Source: Microcoleus sp.
GTDB taxonomy: Bacteria; Cyanobacteriota; Cyanobacteriia; Cyanobacteriales; Microcoleaceae
Assembly (NCBI GenBank): GCA_052279835.1
Contig: CP181291.1
Location: 2,176,001 to 2,240,000, forward strand
Direction of reading: 5' to 3'
DNA length: 64,000 nt
In this document: positions 32,382 to 42,641 of the stretch, piece after piece
How positions within the stretch are numbered: the first letter of the stretch is position 1
How the letters are laid out: the number at the start of each line of letters is the position of its first letter
Position numbers and translations under genes: made by a program
The notes under the pieces: model-generated
What the model was told of the DNA's origin: nothing
What the model saw: the letters and a program-made list of their open reading frames with translations, nothing else
Databases searched by the model: none

Positions 32382-33869
32382 TTATCGGCGTTTCAGTTGA
32401 TTCCGAATTGCCTGCGTTACCGTTTGAATTACTTTAACACGAGCATAATACTTGTTATTGGCCGCAATTGGTGTCCAGGGAGCAGTGGGGGTACTCGTGC
32501 GCTGAATCATTTGATTCACAGCGACCTCATAAAAATTCCACTTTTGGCGATTGCGCCAATCTTCCTCAGTCAGTTTGTATTGTTTGAAGGGATTATTTTG
32601 TCGTTCTGTAAATCTTTTTAGTTGCTCGTCCGGGCTGATGTGTAGCCAAAACTTAACTAAGACACAACCGTAACTGGTGAGTTGCTCCTCGAATTCGTTG
32701 ATTTCTTGGTAAGCTCGACGCCATTCCGGTTCGGTGGCAAATCCTTCGACTCGCTCGACCAAAACTCTACCATACCAACTGCGATCGCAAATGCTAATTT
32801 TCCCCGCCGTTGGTAACTTCCGCCAGAATCGCCACAGATATTGGTGAGCTTTTTCTTCCTCTGTCGGTGCCGCAAAGGGATTGACTGTATAACTGCGGGG
32901 GTCTAGGACATCCGTCAACCGTTTGATTGCTCCTCCTTTGCCGGCAGCATCCCAACCTTCAAACAGCACTAACACGGGGATTTCTACTTCGTGGATGCTT
33001 TGTTGCAGTTTGCCAAAACTGGTTTGTGCTTCCCGAAGTTGCTGTTTGTATTCTTCTGGGGACAGCGATTTAGTTAAATCTACTTGGGCGAGTAAGTCGG
33101 GTTCCGTAGGTTGTAAGTGTTCTTGATGCGGCAATTGTATCGGTGCTGATTGCATCGTTTGTCTGTCTAAGGCTTCTGTAATGGTTGAGGCCATTTGCGT
33201 TAAAACCTTGACTCTCCCCCAACGTTGACAGTCACCTTCTACTAAGGTCCAGGGTGCCGGCCCCGTGCCGGTTTGGGCAATCATTTCTTCGGCAAAAGTT
33301 TTGTATTCTGCGTATTTTTTGGCTTGTTTCCAGTCTTCGGGGCGCACTCGCCAAGCTTGCAGACTGTCGTCTTCTAGTTTTTTGAGCCGATGTTTGAGCT
33401 CTTTTTTGCTCAGGTGTATCCAAAATTTGGCAATTGCTGCGCCGTCATCTACCATCTGGCGCTCGAAGGCGTTGATTTGTCTGATGACTGTCGGTACTTC
33501 AGCGTCTGATAGGCGATCGAACAATCGGTCTTCTAAAACATGAGTATACCAACTGTGATAGAAAAAACCAATCTGGCCGCGGGCGGGGAGTTTCTGCCAA
33601 AACCGCCACAAAAAAGGATAGCCCAGCTCTGCTGCTGAGGGCGGCCAAATCGGGTGGACTGCAAACCCCCGCGGGTCCATATAGCCCACCATTTTTTTGA
33701 CTATGGCTCCTTTGCCCGCCGCCGCCCAACCTTCGAGCACAATGATGATGGGCAGTTTTTTTTCCCAGCAAGCCTGTTGGAGCGATCGCAACTGCTGCAT
33801 TAAAACTTCTATCTTGGCATCATAGGTTTCTTTGTCCAGGCAGATATCTAAATCGAGGTTGTCGAGCAT
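32382..33869 (-). CDS. pap: Polyphosphate:AMP phosphotransferase (two-domain PPK2)
   Basis: EGWAAAGKG and EGWDAAGKGG, DRSWYGRVLVERV. Confidence 0.92.
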   Translation of the reverse strand: MLDNLDLDICLDKETYDAKIEVLMQQLRSLQQACWEKKLPIIIVLEGWAAAGKGAIVKKMVGYMDPRGFAVHPIWPPSAAELGYPFLWRFWQKLPARGQIGFFYHSWYTHVLEDRLFDRLSDAEVPTVIRQINAFERQMVDDGAAIAKFWIHLSKKELKHRLKKLEDDSLQAWRVRPEDWKQAKKYAEYKTFAEEMIAQTGTGPAPWTLVEGDCQRWGRVKVLTQMASTITEALDRQTMQSAPIQLPHQEHLQPTEPDLLAQVDLTKSLSPEEYKQQLREAQTSFGKLQQSIHEVEIPVLVLFEGWDAAGKGGAIKRLTDVLDPRSYTVNPFAAPTEEEKAHQYLWRFWRKLPTAGKISICDRSWYGRVLVERVEGFATEPEWRRAYQEINEFEEQLTSYGCVLVKFWLHISPDEQLKRFTERQNNPFKQYKLTEEDWRNRQKWNFYEVAVNQMIQRTSTPTAPWTPIAANNKYYARVKVIQTVTQAIRNQLKRR

Positions 33870-34387
33870 ATTTACCTTCTCTCAGTCAGAAATTATAGTT
33901 TAACGTTAGTTTAACGTTTGGCTAAATATCACCATCGTTAATAATAGCAGCACTCCCATGATGGAAAACTTGCCAAAAATAACCACTATGGTTATAGTTG
34001 AATTAGATAGCAAAAGTAAAAATCAACTACCCAGTGGGGGTGACAACTTCTTTACTTAGCTTAAGCATTTTTATGCAAACGATAGTCAATCAAGCACCAA
34101 GCTCGGTAACGCCATAGAGCGCTGATTCAATCTAATACTCACATCCAAAACTAACCCAAAAGGGCAAACCTATTTTTATGATTGCGCTATGAGATAAAAC
34201 CTGAAAGCCTGGGTGATATAAACAGGTTTCTGAGTTTTATCAACACCATTCTCCAAACTACTGTCATTGCTTGTAAAACAGGCCTCTTACCTGTTACTGA
34301 CATTTGTGAAAAATGTCCGAATTACTGTACTCATTTGTCAATACCCACTAATAGCAAAATTCCGAATTTACGGATTGTAAGTTTTTT

Positions 34388-35347
34388 ATGACTACCTTAA
34401 AAATGCGCTCCTACCGGGGCGAAACTGACTGGTGCGCGATCGCCAATTTGATCGATGCTTGCGAAGCTGTAGATAGACTAGGCGAAGAAGTATCAGCAAC
34501 TGAACTAAAGCTAATCCTAGATGCACCCAAACTGGACAAAGCCCGCGATGTCCAATTGTGGGAAGATGGTAACTACAAACTTATCGGTTTATCACTGTTA
34601 GATATGCCAGATTCCCAAGATGAAATAGAAGCTTGTCTCTGGTTTTACGTGCATCCCAATGTACGGGGTCAAGGCTTAGAAAAAGACATCATTAAATGGG
34701 GAGAAACACGCCTGGGCGAAGTAGGAAAACAACGCAACTTACCCGCAAAATTGCGTATCTACAGTCGTGAGGATCAAACCGACGAAATTAGGCTATTTGA
34801 AAAACAGGGCTTTGGAGTCGATCGCTATTTTTGGACTATGGCCCGATCGCTCTGCGAGCCCATTCCCACACCAGAATTCCCCCCAAACTTTGCGCTAACA
34901 CACGTATCAGGCGAAAAAGACATCGAACCTTGGGTAGAGATGTTCAACCAATCATTCATCGATCACTGGAATCACCACGACTTAACGGCGGAAACCGTGC
35001 GTTACTGGATGCAAGACCCTAATTATCAGCCAGAATTAGACTTAATTGCTATTTCGGGCGATCGCAAATTTGCAGCTTTCTGCGACTGTCAAATCAAACC
35101 GCAAAAAAACCCCAATAGCGGCACAAAAAACGGCTGGATTGAATTATTAGGTACGCGGCGCGACTATCGGAAAATGGGTTTAGGAAAAGCCATGCTGCTG
35201 GCTGGTTTGCATAGGTTAAAAGCCGCCGGTGCAAATACAGCCAAACTCAGCGTCGATGCTGACAGTTTGACAGGGGCGACAAAGCTTTACAAATCAGTAG
35301 GTTTCCGCCAGATGGAAACCTGGATAGAGTGGGCTAAGGTTGTTTGA
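34388..35347 (+). CDS. Tandem GNAT acetyltransferase
   Basis: VHPNVRGQG, LGTRRDYRKMGLG, GATKLYKSVGF. Confidence 0.9.
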   Translation: MTTLKMRSYRGETDWCAIANLIDACEAVDRLGEEVSATELKLILDAPKLDKARDVQLWEDGNYKLIGLSLLDMPDSQDEIEACLWFYVHPNVRGQGLEKDIIKWGETRLGEVGKQRNLPAKLRIYSREDQTDEIRLFEKQGFGVDRYFWTMARSLCEPIPTPEFPPNFALTHVSGEKDIEPWVEMFNQSFIDHWNHHDLTAETVRYWMQDPNYQPELDLIAISGDRKFAAFCDCQIKPQKNPNSGTKNGWIELLGTRRDYRKMGLGKAMLLAGLHRLKAAGANTAKLSVDADSLTGATKLYKSVGFRQMETWIEWAKVV

Positions 35348-35351
35348 TCTA

Positions 35352-35502
35352 GCCCAGAAACCTGGTTTTTGCGATCGACTTGGTGACAACTCCCAAATTC
35401 AGCAAAAAACCCGGTTTCTTAGATTGTGGGAGAGTGCCCAGAAACCGGGTTTTGGCGACTGATTGGGTGATAACTCCCAAATTTGGAAAAAACCCGGTTT
35501 CT
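35352..35502. repeat. AGAAACCSGGTTTTT...AAAAACCCGGTTTCT inverted-repeat element, two copies
   Basis: Same family at about 6010-6080, 29420-29490, 41230-41495, 52100-52160 and 58685-58760. Confidence 0.8.
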
Positions 35503-35517
35503 TTAGTTTTGATGCGC

Positions 35518-37026
35518 TTAATCCGAACCAGGTGGAATTGCTTCGACAGATGAGGATTTAGCCTTGAGGTGGCGCTTAGTGAAAAACCAAGCCAACCATC
35601 CCAAGCCACCACCGCACAAACAACTAACTACAACAGCGACAATGAAGGGATGAGGCGGTAACACAGGATGTTGGGGAGAGGGTAAAACCCAAGGTTTTTC
35701 GATTAAGGGATAGCCGGCGGCTAGGATTCCCGCAAAACCGACACCGACGCCGATACCGGTACCGACGGCTTGAATCGTATTTTCTAAATCCCGATCGCGC
35801 TTCTTGTCTTCTTTCTCACTATCCTGTAAAGTTTGTTGTAATTGGCGATCGGACTCAGCTTGGTCAATTTCCACCAAACCGCGAATACTAGCAATAGCTT
35901 GATCCAGCAATTGAGAACCCGGTTTAGAATAATTCAAATCAGCTTGAATTTGCAACTTAAAAGTTTCGCTTTCCCGTTCCGCAAACCGACCAAATATATC
36001 CAGTTCATCCTTGACTTGACCTTGCAAACGCTTCAATTTCAGTTGATAATTTCGGGCATGAATATTCAGAGTATTAAAACAGTCTTCAAGATTCCGCAGT
36101 TGTGAAGTATATTTCGGAACAGTTTTCAATAGTTCCTTGAGTTGAATTTTTAATGTCGCCAAATCCAAATCACCTAGCAATTTTGACTTGCTTTCAATTT
36201 CTTCTCGGATTAATTTATCGAGTTCATCCGAATATATGCGACTCTTTTGGAAAACATTCGTAATTTTATGATAGTATAAGAATAGTTCCGGCAAATCCCA
36301 ATATATCTCCTTGAGTTGTTCCGAAGTCGCATCAGTAAAGTAGAACAGCACAAAATAGCGAATTTGCGATTTTTTCGGTCTGCTAAATTCCAAAATGCAA
36401 CCATCTAAAAAATTATCGGCTTGATAAAAATCAGGACAAACATCACCGAATAATTGCTTGAGCAAATTTTCCCCATGAGTTTTTAAGGATTCCGGGTTAG
36501 TTGGCTGGGATTGAGACAGATAAGCCGTGATTAAGTAAGTTTCTCCGATAAAATGCGGGTCATTTTTGAGAGTCAAACATTGATTCGGATTGAATTCCCC
36601 AACTTCAGTTAATTTTACCCCATCAAAACCTTCAGCTTGCGGGCGAAAAATATTGATTAACAAAGCGAAGGTATCGCTAAGTTTCTGTGGATACACCAAC
36701 AGACGATACAACGGTTTAGGCTGAATCGGATTTTGGTTTGTGTCTTTACTGGAAAGCAGCCAAAATTGTCGCGTCCCTTTGGTGCGGTTATTCAGTAATT
36801 CGTAGTTGTCTGAATTTGGCAAATCTTGCCGAACTTGTGGGAATGAATCAGGAAAATTCAGCTTGTAACTAAAGTTATCTTTTAAGATTTTCTCATATTT
36901 ATGCTGAAAAGTTGTGGGAGATTCGTTAATTAGTTCTTGTGAATCTAAATATGAGCCACATTGCAGGGTGAATGCAAACAAGCTAACATTTAAGGCATAA
37001 TAAATCGGATCGGATTCGTTGGACAT
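35518..37026 (-). CDS. Hypothetical protein with coiled-coil and two C-terminal TM helices (CHAT-associated)
   Basis: 502 aa, 5 bp from the upstream gene. Confidence 0.8.
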   Translation of the reverse strand: MSNESDPIYYALNVSLFAFTLQCGSYLDSQELINESPTTFQHKYEKILKDNFSYKLNFPDSFPQVRQDLPNSDNYELLNNRTKGTRQFWLLSSKDTNQNPIQPKPLYRLLVYPQKLSDTFALLINIFRPQAEGFDGVKLTEVGEFNPNQCLTLKNDPHFIGETYLITAYLSQSQPTNPESLKTHGENLLKQLFGDVCPDFYQADNFLDGCILEFSRPKKSQIRYFVLFYFTDATSEQLKEIYWDLPELFLYYHKITNVFQKSRIYSDELDKLIREEIESKSKLLGDLDLATLKIQLKELLKTVPKYTSQLRNLEDCFNTLNIHARNYQLKLKRLQGQVKDELDIFGRFAERESETFKLQIQADLNYSKPGSQLLDQAIASIRGLVEIDQAESDRQLQQTLQDSEKEDKKRDRDLENTIQAVGTGIGVGVGFAGILAAGYPLIEKPWVLPSPQHPVLPPHPFIVAVVVSCLCGGGLGWLAWFFTKRHLKAKSSSVEAIPPGSD

Positions 37027-37031
37027 TGCGG

Positions 37032-37430
37032 TTAATCTTGTTCTGGATTACTGGGTAAATCCTGTTCTGGCTGTTCCTGATTTTCCTGAATTATTTTTTG
37101 AATTCTGTCCCGATTCCGAATAATCTCCGCCTCATTGTGCGCGGGTGCAAGGGGAATATCTATGTCGTCTTCGCCAACCATATCGCAGCGAACTTTTTGC
37201 CAATTTTCACTTTTAAATAGCTGATATATTTCGGGGTATTTTTCGCACCAATCTAGAATCGCCAAAGCAATTTTATTTGGCTTAGTAATTGCATTTAAGT
37301 CTAAATTGAGTTGATTTAAATCTTGCCAAATCGCAGCATTAAATAGGTCGCTTGTTTCCTTGGCTTGTTCCACCTCCAGCAAAGTAAGGAAGTCGAGAAT
37401 CGTGTTGGAAGCATTAGAAATATCGCTCAT
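37032..37430 (-). CDS. Small acidic helical protein (CHAT-associated)
   Basis: 132 aa, IALAILDWCEKYPEI, between the CHAT gene and the TM protein gene. Confidence 0.75.
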   Translation of the reverse strand: MSDISNASNTILDFLTLLEVEQAKETSDLFNAAIWQDLNQLNLDLNAITKPNKIALAILDWCEKYPEIYQLFKSENWQKVRCDMVGEDDIDIPLAPAHNEAEIIRNRDRIQKIIQENQEQPEQDLPSNPEQD

Positions 37431-37703
37431 TTTCCTAAGTTATTTGTGTGTTTAACTGGTTCCCCGCCTCTGCCTAACTGGTTAGGAGGCTCTGCCTGGG
37501 AACCCATATCACTCTTGCTCTGCCTCGCTGGTTAGGAGGCAGAAAATCGCCGACTACGAGGCAGAAATTGGGAGGCAGAGCCTCCGGATCTGCGTTACCA
37601 GGCTCTGCCTGGTAACGAGTTTTTTGAGTCTCGCGTTGCGCGGACGAAAGTTTGACAAGGAGCGGTTTCAACCGCCGAATTATCAACACGATAACGCGAT
37701 AAC

Positions 37704-40700
37704 TTAGATACCAATGGCACAAAATGCAGCCCAATATCTAGGGTCAGCAAAAGGTTGACTGGGAAAATTACGCTGCAATAAAATATTAATATCATCAACT
37801 CCATCTTCTGCCATTTTCACCTCATTTGTCAACCAGGCCAAAAAGTCTTTTCGAGTAATAGTTCTCAACCAAAATTGAGCACCTTGCAAAGCTTGACCAA
37901 CCGACAAATCCGGGTTCTTCAGATTTTGATAAAAACGAATCATCAGAAAAGCCGTTGAAAAATCGCTGACACGCCATAAACTACTAACTACATTACTAGC
38001 ACCGGCATACAGAAAACCGCTAGCTAAACCGATATATTCATCGGTGATCAGTCTCTTTACCAATCCAGTTTCGCAGGCCGAGAGACTAACCAAGCGACAC
38101 AAAGGCAAATCCAGACTAGCAAAAATTTCCTTCAGTGTCAGACATTGAATATCAGTCGGAAAACGGCGACCATCACGCAGAGTAACATAACTGCGAACCT
38201 CTTCCTCTACCTCTTGCTCCAAGGCGGGCTGGGAGGGTTCTGCCTCTACCTCTTGCTCCCCCCTTATTAAGGGGGGCTGGGGGGGATCAGAGAGAGTCTG
38301 GGGTGCTTCTGAGAGGATTTTGGTGTCACTTTCTGCCTCTACATCTTGCTCCCCCTTTACCAATGAGGGCTGGGGGGGTTCCAATATTCCAGCGAAAACC
38401 AAACCCGAATTCAACGGATTCTCCCAGTTAAAACTTCCGTGACAAGAAAAATGGGCGTAGTGAGAAGCAGTTAATTTTTCGAGAGTGGCTGCGGAATTAA
38501 AAGCGACTTTGGTAGCTTCGCGGCGCTTCAAAATGTGGGCGTGGGGATTGAAGCGGCGGGAAATCTCTTCAACTTCAATTTCGGTGTAGTTGAGGTCTTC
38601 GGTGGGATTCTGGATGGCGAACAAGGGCAGAATGTCATTGAGGGGCGGGCGTTTTCGTTGATGCAAGCGTTCCAGAAATTGGCTGCTGGGGCTGTATTGG
38701 ATGCCGTTGGTATAGAGCTCTAGCAAATAGCCGCTGTTGGTTTCGCCGTTGCAGAGTTTTCGGGTTGCTGGTAGGGCGTGAAGCGGTAGCAGGTGTAAGT
38801 CGCGGTGGGGAATCAGGATTAGTTTTTCGATGGTTGGGGATAAAGCGGCTAGGGTTTGGTTGAGTTGCAGGGAGGCCGCTAGGGTGACTAGACGGTGGCT
38901 GAGGGCTTCGCCCCAGGTGGGTTTGCCGTAGTCGCTGAGGTAGGTAGCGATGTCGGTGTTGAGTTGTTGATGTTGTTCGGGGGTGAAGGGGATGTGGTGG
39001 ATGTGGAGATCCCCCCCTAGCCCCCCCTTACCAAGGGGGGGGACTGGAGGTTCCCTGCTAACAAGGGAGGGATCTTCTTCACTCAAAGTCCCCCTTCTTA
39101 AGGGGGATTTAGGGGGATCTCCTATGGGATTGGTGACGATGAAGACGTGGAAGCCGGAGTCTGGGTTTGGGGGGAGATACCACTCGATGAGGGCGGTTTG
39201 GCTGTCGAGGAATTGGGTGAAGTCGGGTAGTTGGGGGATGACTTGTTGGGTGAGGTTGAAATCGGGGTCATTGATTTCTCTCAGCAGTTGAGTGACTTGC
39301 TGTTGCAGGGTTTTTAGTTCGGCTTCCAGGTGGGAATCGCTGGTTTGGGGCGATTTGGCTGTGGAAATACTGCCTTTTTCTTTGAGGGTGTCGGTGTTGG
39401 TTTCGGTGGTTGTTTCGGTTTCGGTTGGGGTTTCGTCGATGTCGAGTTGTTGTTGGAGGGAGGCAATTTGGCGGCGGAGTTGGGTGAGTTGTTGTTTTTG
39501 GGCGGGGGTGCTGTTTTTGGGGTAGAGGTTGGCGTTGTCGAGGAGTTCGATGAGGGTGCGAGATTTGCTGCGTTCGACGGTGAGGAGGGCGGTTTCGTAG
39601 CGTTGGAGGTGGATGCAGGCCAGTACCATTTTCTCGTACATGGGCAAGGCATCTTCGAGGATTTGGCGTTTGCTGCGTTGGGAAGTTGCCCATTCGCGGC
39701 TTTGTTCGGCGGCGGTGATGGCCTTATCGTAAAAGTCTATCGCTAAGTCCCATTGGTGTAGAGCAAAAACTGCATCACCTTGTTTTTGATAAATCTGAGC
39801 TGTAGCCTGAGAATATTCAATTGCCTTATTAATATTTTCGACCTTATCTCCTAAATCTCGTTTTGAATAATATTCAGCCAGAGATTCTTGAGTTTTTGCT
39901 CTTTGGTCAAGAAACGAGTCACTAGAGTATACTTTCAGTGCTGATTCTGAATAAGCTATAGCTTGTTCAATATTATTTCCTTTGACACCTATAATTCTTT
40001 TATAATAAGCAAGTGATAAATTAGTTTGAACTTGTGCCGAGTATTCAGGAAATGATTCAAAAGTATAAACTGTCAAAGCATTATTATAAGAATTAATAGC
40101 TTGTTCTATATTTTCGGCTTTTTCTCCTGCAATACGCTGAAAATAAGCCGATGCTAGTTGGTTATATGTTTCTGCCCAATCTACGGGATAAGATTCACGA
40201 GTTTTAACTTTTAGAACTTCTTGATAAGCTCGAATAGCTTTTTCTATATTTTCTGATTGATCTCCCCTGATTCTGTCACTGTAGGCTGCTGCCAGATTAT
40301 TTTGCGTCGTTGCCCAATATTCGGGAAAGGCTTCGGGGGTGTAGATGGTTAATGCAGCAGTGTATGATGCGATCGCCAGTTCGATATTCTCTGCTTTATC
40401 TCCCCTGATTCTGTCACTGTAGGCTGCTGCCAGATTATTTTGCGTCGTTGCCCATTTTTCGGGAAAGGCTTCGGGGGTGTAGATGGTTAATGCAGCAGTG
40501 TATGATGCGATCGCAACTTCGATATTCTCTGCTTTCTCTCCCTTGATTCTGTTTCTGTAGGCAATTGCCAGATTATTTTGGGTTTGAGCAAACTTTTCGC
40601 TTCCCGGTTCCCGATTATTTAAAACTATTTGATAACCAGTAATCGCAATTTCCAGATTATTCGCTCTACTTCCCAGCGGAAATTGGTAAATATCAATACT

Positions 40701-41174
40701 TAAATTTTCAATAATGCCGACAATGGACGCAATTGATTCGGCATTTTCCTCAGCAATTAATTTCTGTGCTACTTGCTGTAAAGTTTCGGCCAAACGGAGA
40801 TTGAGGAGATGTTGCCGTTGAGCGAGAATAGGGTAAACTACAGCAACATCGCTATTGCTATCTTGTTCTGCTTGCAATAATTCTAGGATAAAGTTTACAT
40901 ACTCTTGGGAATCTTCACCTTCAGAGTCATCGCTATCTCCCTCATCGTTGGTATCGAAGAATTCCCCTAGCTGACTGGCCAGATTTCGCAGGAAACTAGC
41001 TGCATTTTCCTGTCCCTGCTGTGTCAAGTTTTCTGCTATTACTTCGCAAGCTTGCAGAAATCCGCGATCCAGTAATTCTGAGTTATCTTGTAATATCTGC
41101 GGTTCTTCACCGTTGGGGCAAGTCAGGAGAGTCTGAATTAGTTGCAGGTAGGCTTGGGCGCGGGTTTCGTCCAT
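37704..41174 (-). CDS. TPR + CHAT (caspase-like) protease
   Basis: WATTQNNLAAAY TPR repeats, ERSKSR, catalytic dyad HFSCHG and LSACETG, VVSSLW, YWAAF. Confidence 0.93.
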   Translation of the reverse strand: MDETRAQAYLQLIQTLLTCPNGEEPQILQDNSELLDRGFLQACEVIAENLTQQGQENAASFLRNLASQLGEFFDTNDEGDSDDSEGEDSQEYVNFILELLQAEQDSNSDVAVVYPILAQRQHLLNLRLAETLQQVAQKLIAEENAESIASIVGIIENLSIDIYQFPLGSRANNLEIAITGYQIVLNNREPGSEKFAQTQNNLAIAYRNRIKGEKAENIEVAIASYTAALTIYTPEAFPEKWATTQNNLAAAYSDRIRGDKAENIELAIASYTAALTIYTPEAFPEYWATTQNNLAAAYSDRIRGDQSENIEKAIRAYQEVLKVKTRESYPVDWAETYNQLASAYFQRIAGEKAENIEQAINSYNNALTVYTFESFPEYSAQVQTNLSLAYYKRIIGVKGNNIEQAIAYSESALKVYSSDSFLDQRAKTQESLAEYYSKRDLGDKVENINKAIEYSQATAQIYQKQGDAVFALHQWDLAIDFYDKAITAAEQSREWATSQRSKRQILEDALPMYEKMVLACIHLQRYETALLTVERSKSRTLIELLDNANLYPKNSTPAQKQQLTQLRRQIASLQQQLDIDETPTETETTTETNTDTLKEKGSISTAKSPQTSDSHLEAELKTLQQQVTQLLREINDPDFNLTQQVIPQLPDFTQFLDSQTALIEWYLPPNPDSGFHVFIVTNPIGDPPKSPLRRGTLSEEDPSLVSREPPVPPLGKGGLGGDLHIHHIPFTPEQHQQLNTDIATYLSDYGKPTWGEALSHRLVTLAASLQLNQTLAALSPTIEKLILIPHRDLHLLPLHALPATRKLCNGETNSGYLLELYTNGIQYSPSSQFLERLHQRKRPPLNDILPLFAIQNPTEDLNYTEIEVEEISRRFNPHAHILKRREATKVAFNSAATLEKLTASHYAHFSCHGSFNWENPLNSGLVFAGILEPPQPSLVKGEQDVEAESDTKILSEAPQTLSDPPQPPLIRGEQEVEAEPSQPALEQEVEEEVRSYVTLRDGRRFPTDIQCLTLKEIFASLDLPLCRLVSLSACETGLVKRLITDEYIGLASGFLYAGASNVVSSLWRVSDFSTAFLMIRFYQNLKNPDLSVGQALQGAQFWLRTITRKDFLAWLTNEVKMAEDGVDDINILLQRNFPSQPFADPRYWAAFCAIGI

Positions 41175-41227
41175 TGTGGGGAGTTGTGAGTGACACCGAT
41201 GTTTATTTTATCATGATTCGATTGTGG

Positions 41228-41495
41228 GTGGGTGGCGAGAAACTGGGTTTTTTTGAGAGACTTCGTTACTGTCGGAAAAACTCGTAAAAACCAGGTTTCT
41301 GAGATTGTGCGCGGGCGAGTGGCGAGAAACCGGGTTTTTTTGAGAGACTTCGTTACTGTCGGTAAAACTCGTAAAAACCCGGTTTCTGGGATTGTGGGTG
41401 GGTGGCGAGAAACCGGGTTTTTTTGAGAGACTTCGTTACTGTCGGAAAAACTCGTAAAAACCCGGTTTCTGGGATTGTTGGGTGGGTGGCGAGAA
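41228..41495. repeat. Three tandem ~85 bp units of the AAACCGGGTTT inverted-repeat family
   Basis: GTGGCGAGAAACYGGGTTTTTTTGAGAGACTTCGTTACTGTCGG..CTCGTAAAAACCMGGTTTCT three times. Confidence 0.9.
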
Positions 41496-41499
41496 AATG

Positions 41500-42399
41500 T
41501 TAATATACAGTTTGTTTTGTCACCTCTACATAGATATGTTCTAACCGCACCGGATACCGCGCGATTGAATCAATGGAAATCCCATCAAACCGCAAAATAA
41601 TCTCTTTTAATTCTAAAGCTTCCGGTAGCCAAAAAGCCAAATCGCTACCGTAACGCCGGGGAATGAAATTGTATTTTTCGGCCCTGGCGATGACTTCAGC
41701 TTCTTGTTGAGTTTTGACAACAATAATTTCTCTAGCTGGAATCAGTTTTTGCAACTCTTCCAAGCTACCTTCGGCGACAATACTCCCACTCTTTAAAATC
41801 CCGATTTTTTGACACAGACGTTCCGCTTCATCCAACAAGTGGGTTGTCAGCAAAATCGTAATTCCCTGGGATTGCAATTGCTGAATTAAATCCCAAATTT
41901 CATAGCGGGCTTCAATATCCAAACCTGTTGTCGGTTCATCCAAAATTACTAATTTTGGTTGGTGCACCAAAGCCACCGCAATATTCAATCGGCGCTGCAT
42001 TCCCCCACTCAAAGTTTCTACAGGACTTTTGGCTCTATCTATTAAGTTTACTGCTTTTAAACATTTTTCTACTTGAGAAGAACGCTGTTGGCGACTCATC
42101 CCATAAATTTGAGCAAAAAAGTTGAGGTTTTCTTCGCAACTCAGGCTTTTGTATAGCAAATTCTCTTGGGGGGCGACACCGATTAAGGTTTTTGTTGAGT
42201 CAGAAACTGGTTCGCCATTGAGGATGATTTGGCCGCTGTCTGCATTCAGCAAGTTGCATAAAATATTGATAGTGGTGGTTTTTCCGGCTCCGTTTTGTCC
42301 GAGCAAACCGTAGATTTCTCCGGCTTGTATGTGCAGTGTCAAATCTCGCAGCACTGAGCGTTCGCCGTAGGATTTGTTGAGTTTTTTGATTTGCAGCAC
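41500..42399 (-). CDS. ABC transporter ATP-binding protein
   Basis: GQNGAGKTT, LSGGMQRR, LDEPT. Confidence 0.95.
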   Translation of the reverse strand: MLQIKKLNKSYGERSVLRDLTLHIQAGEIYGLLGQNGAGKTTTINILCNLLNADSGQIILNGEPVSDSTKTLIGVAPQENLLYKSLSCEENLNFFAQIYGMSRQQRSSQVEKCLKAVNLIDRAKSPVETLSGGMQRRLNIAVALVHQPKLVILDEPTTGLDIEARYEIWDLIQQLQSQGITILLTTHLLDEAERLCQKIGILKSGSIVAEGSLEELQKLIPAREIIVVKTQQEAEVIARAEKYNFIPRRYGSDLAFWLPEALELKEIILRFDGISIDSIARYPVRLEHIYVEVTKQTVY

Positions 42400-42641
42400 T
42401 GCTTGAGTTCTCCGTAGTTTTTTGTATAATATTGGTTGGATGGTTGACGATTTTTGGGATTTTTTTTTACCGCAGAGGGCGCAGAGGGCGCAGAGGGGGA
42501 GAAGAGTGAGGTGGTTCTATAGTCTTTTTTCTACTGTTAGCATTCTGGGGTAAGTATGGGTTGGATAGTTTATGTTTTTTTTGGTTTTTTTTAACCGCAG
42601 AGAGCGCAGAGGGCGCAGAGGGGGAGAAGAGTTAAGTGGTT

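Noticed and set aside
34155..34230. c-di-GMP-I riboswitch (GGCAAAC seed)
   Set aside because: The downstream GNRA/receptor stems and ACGCAAAG motif are absent.
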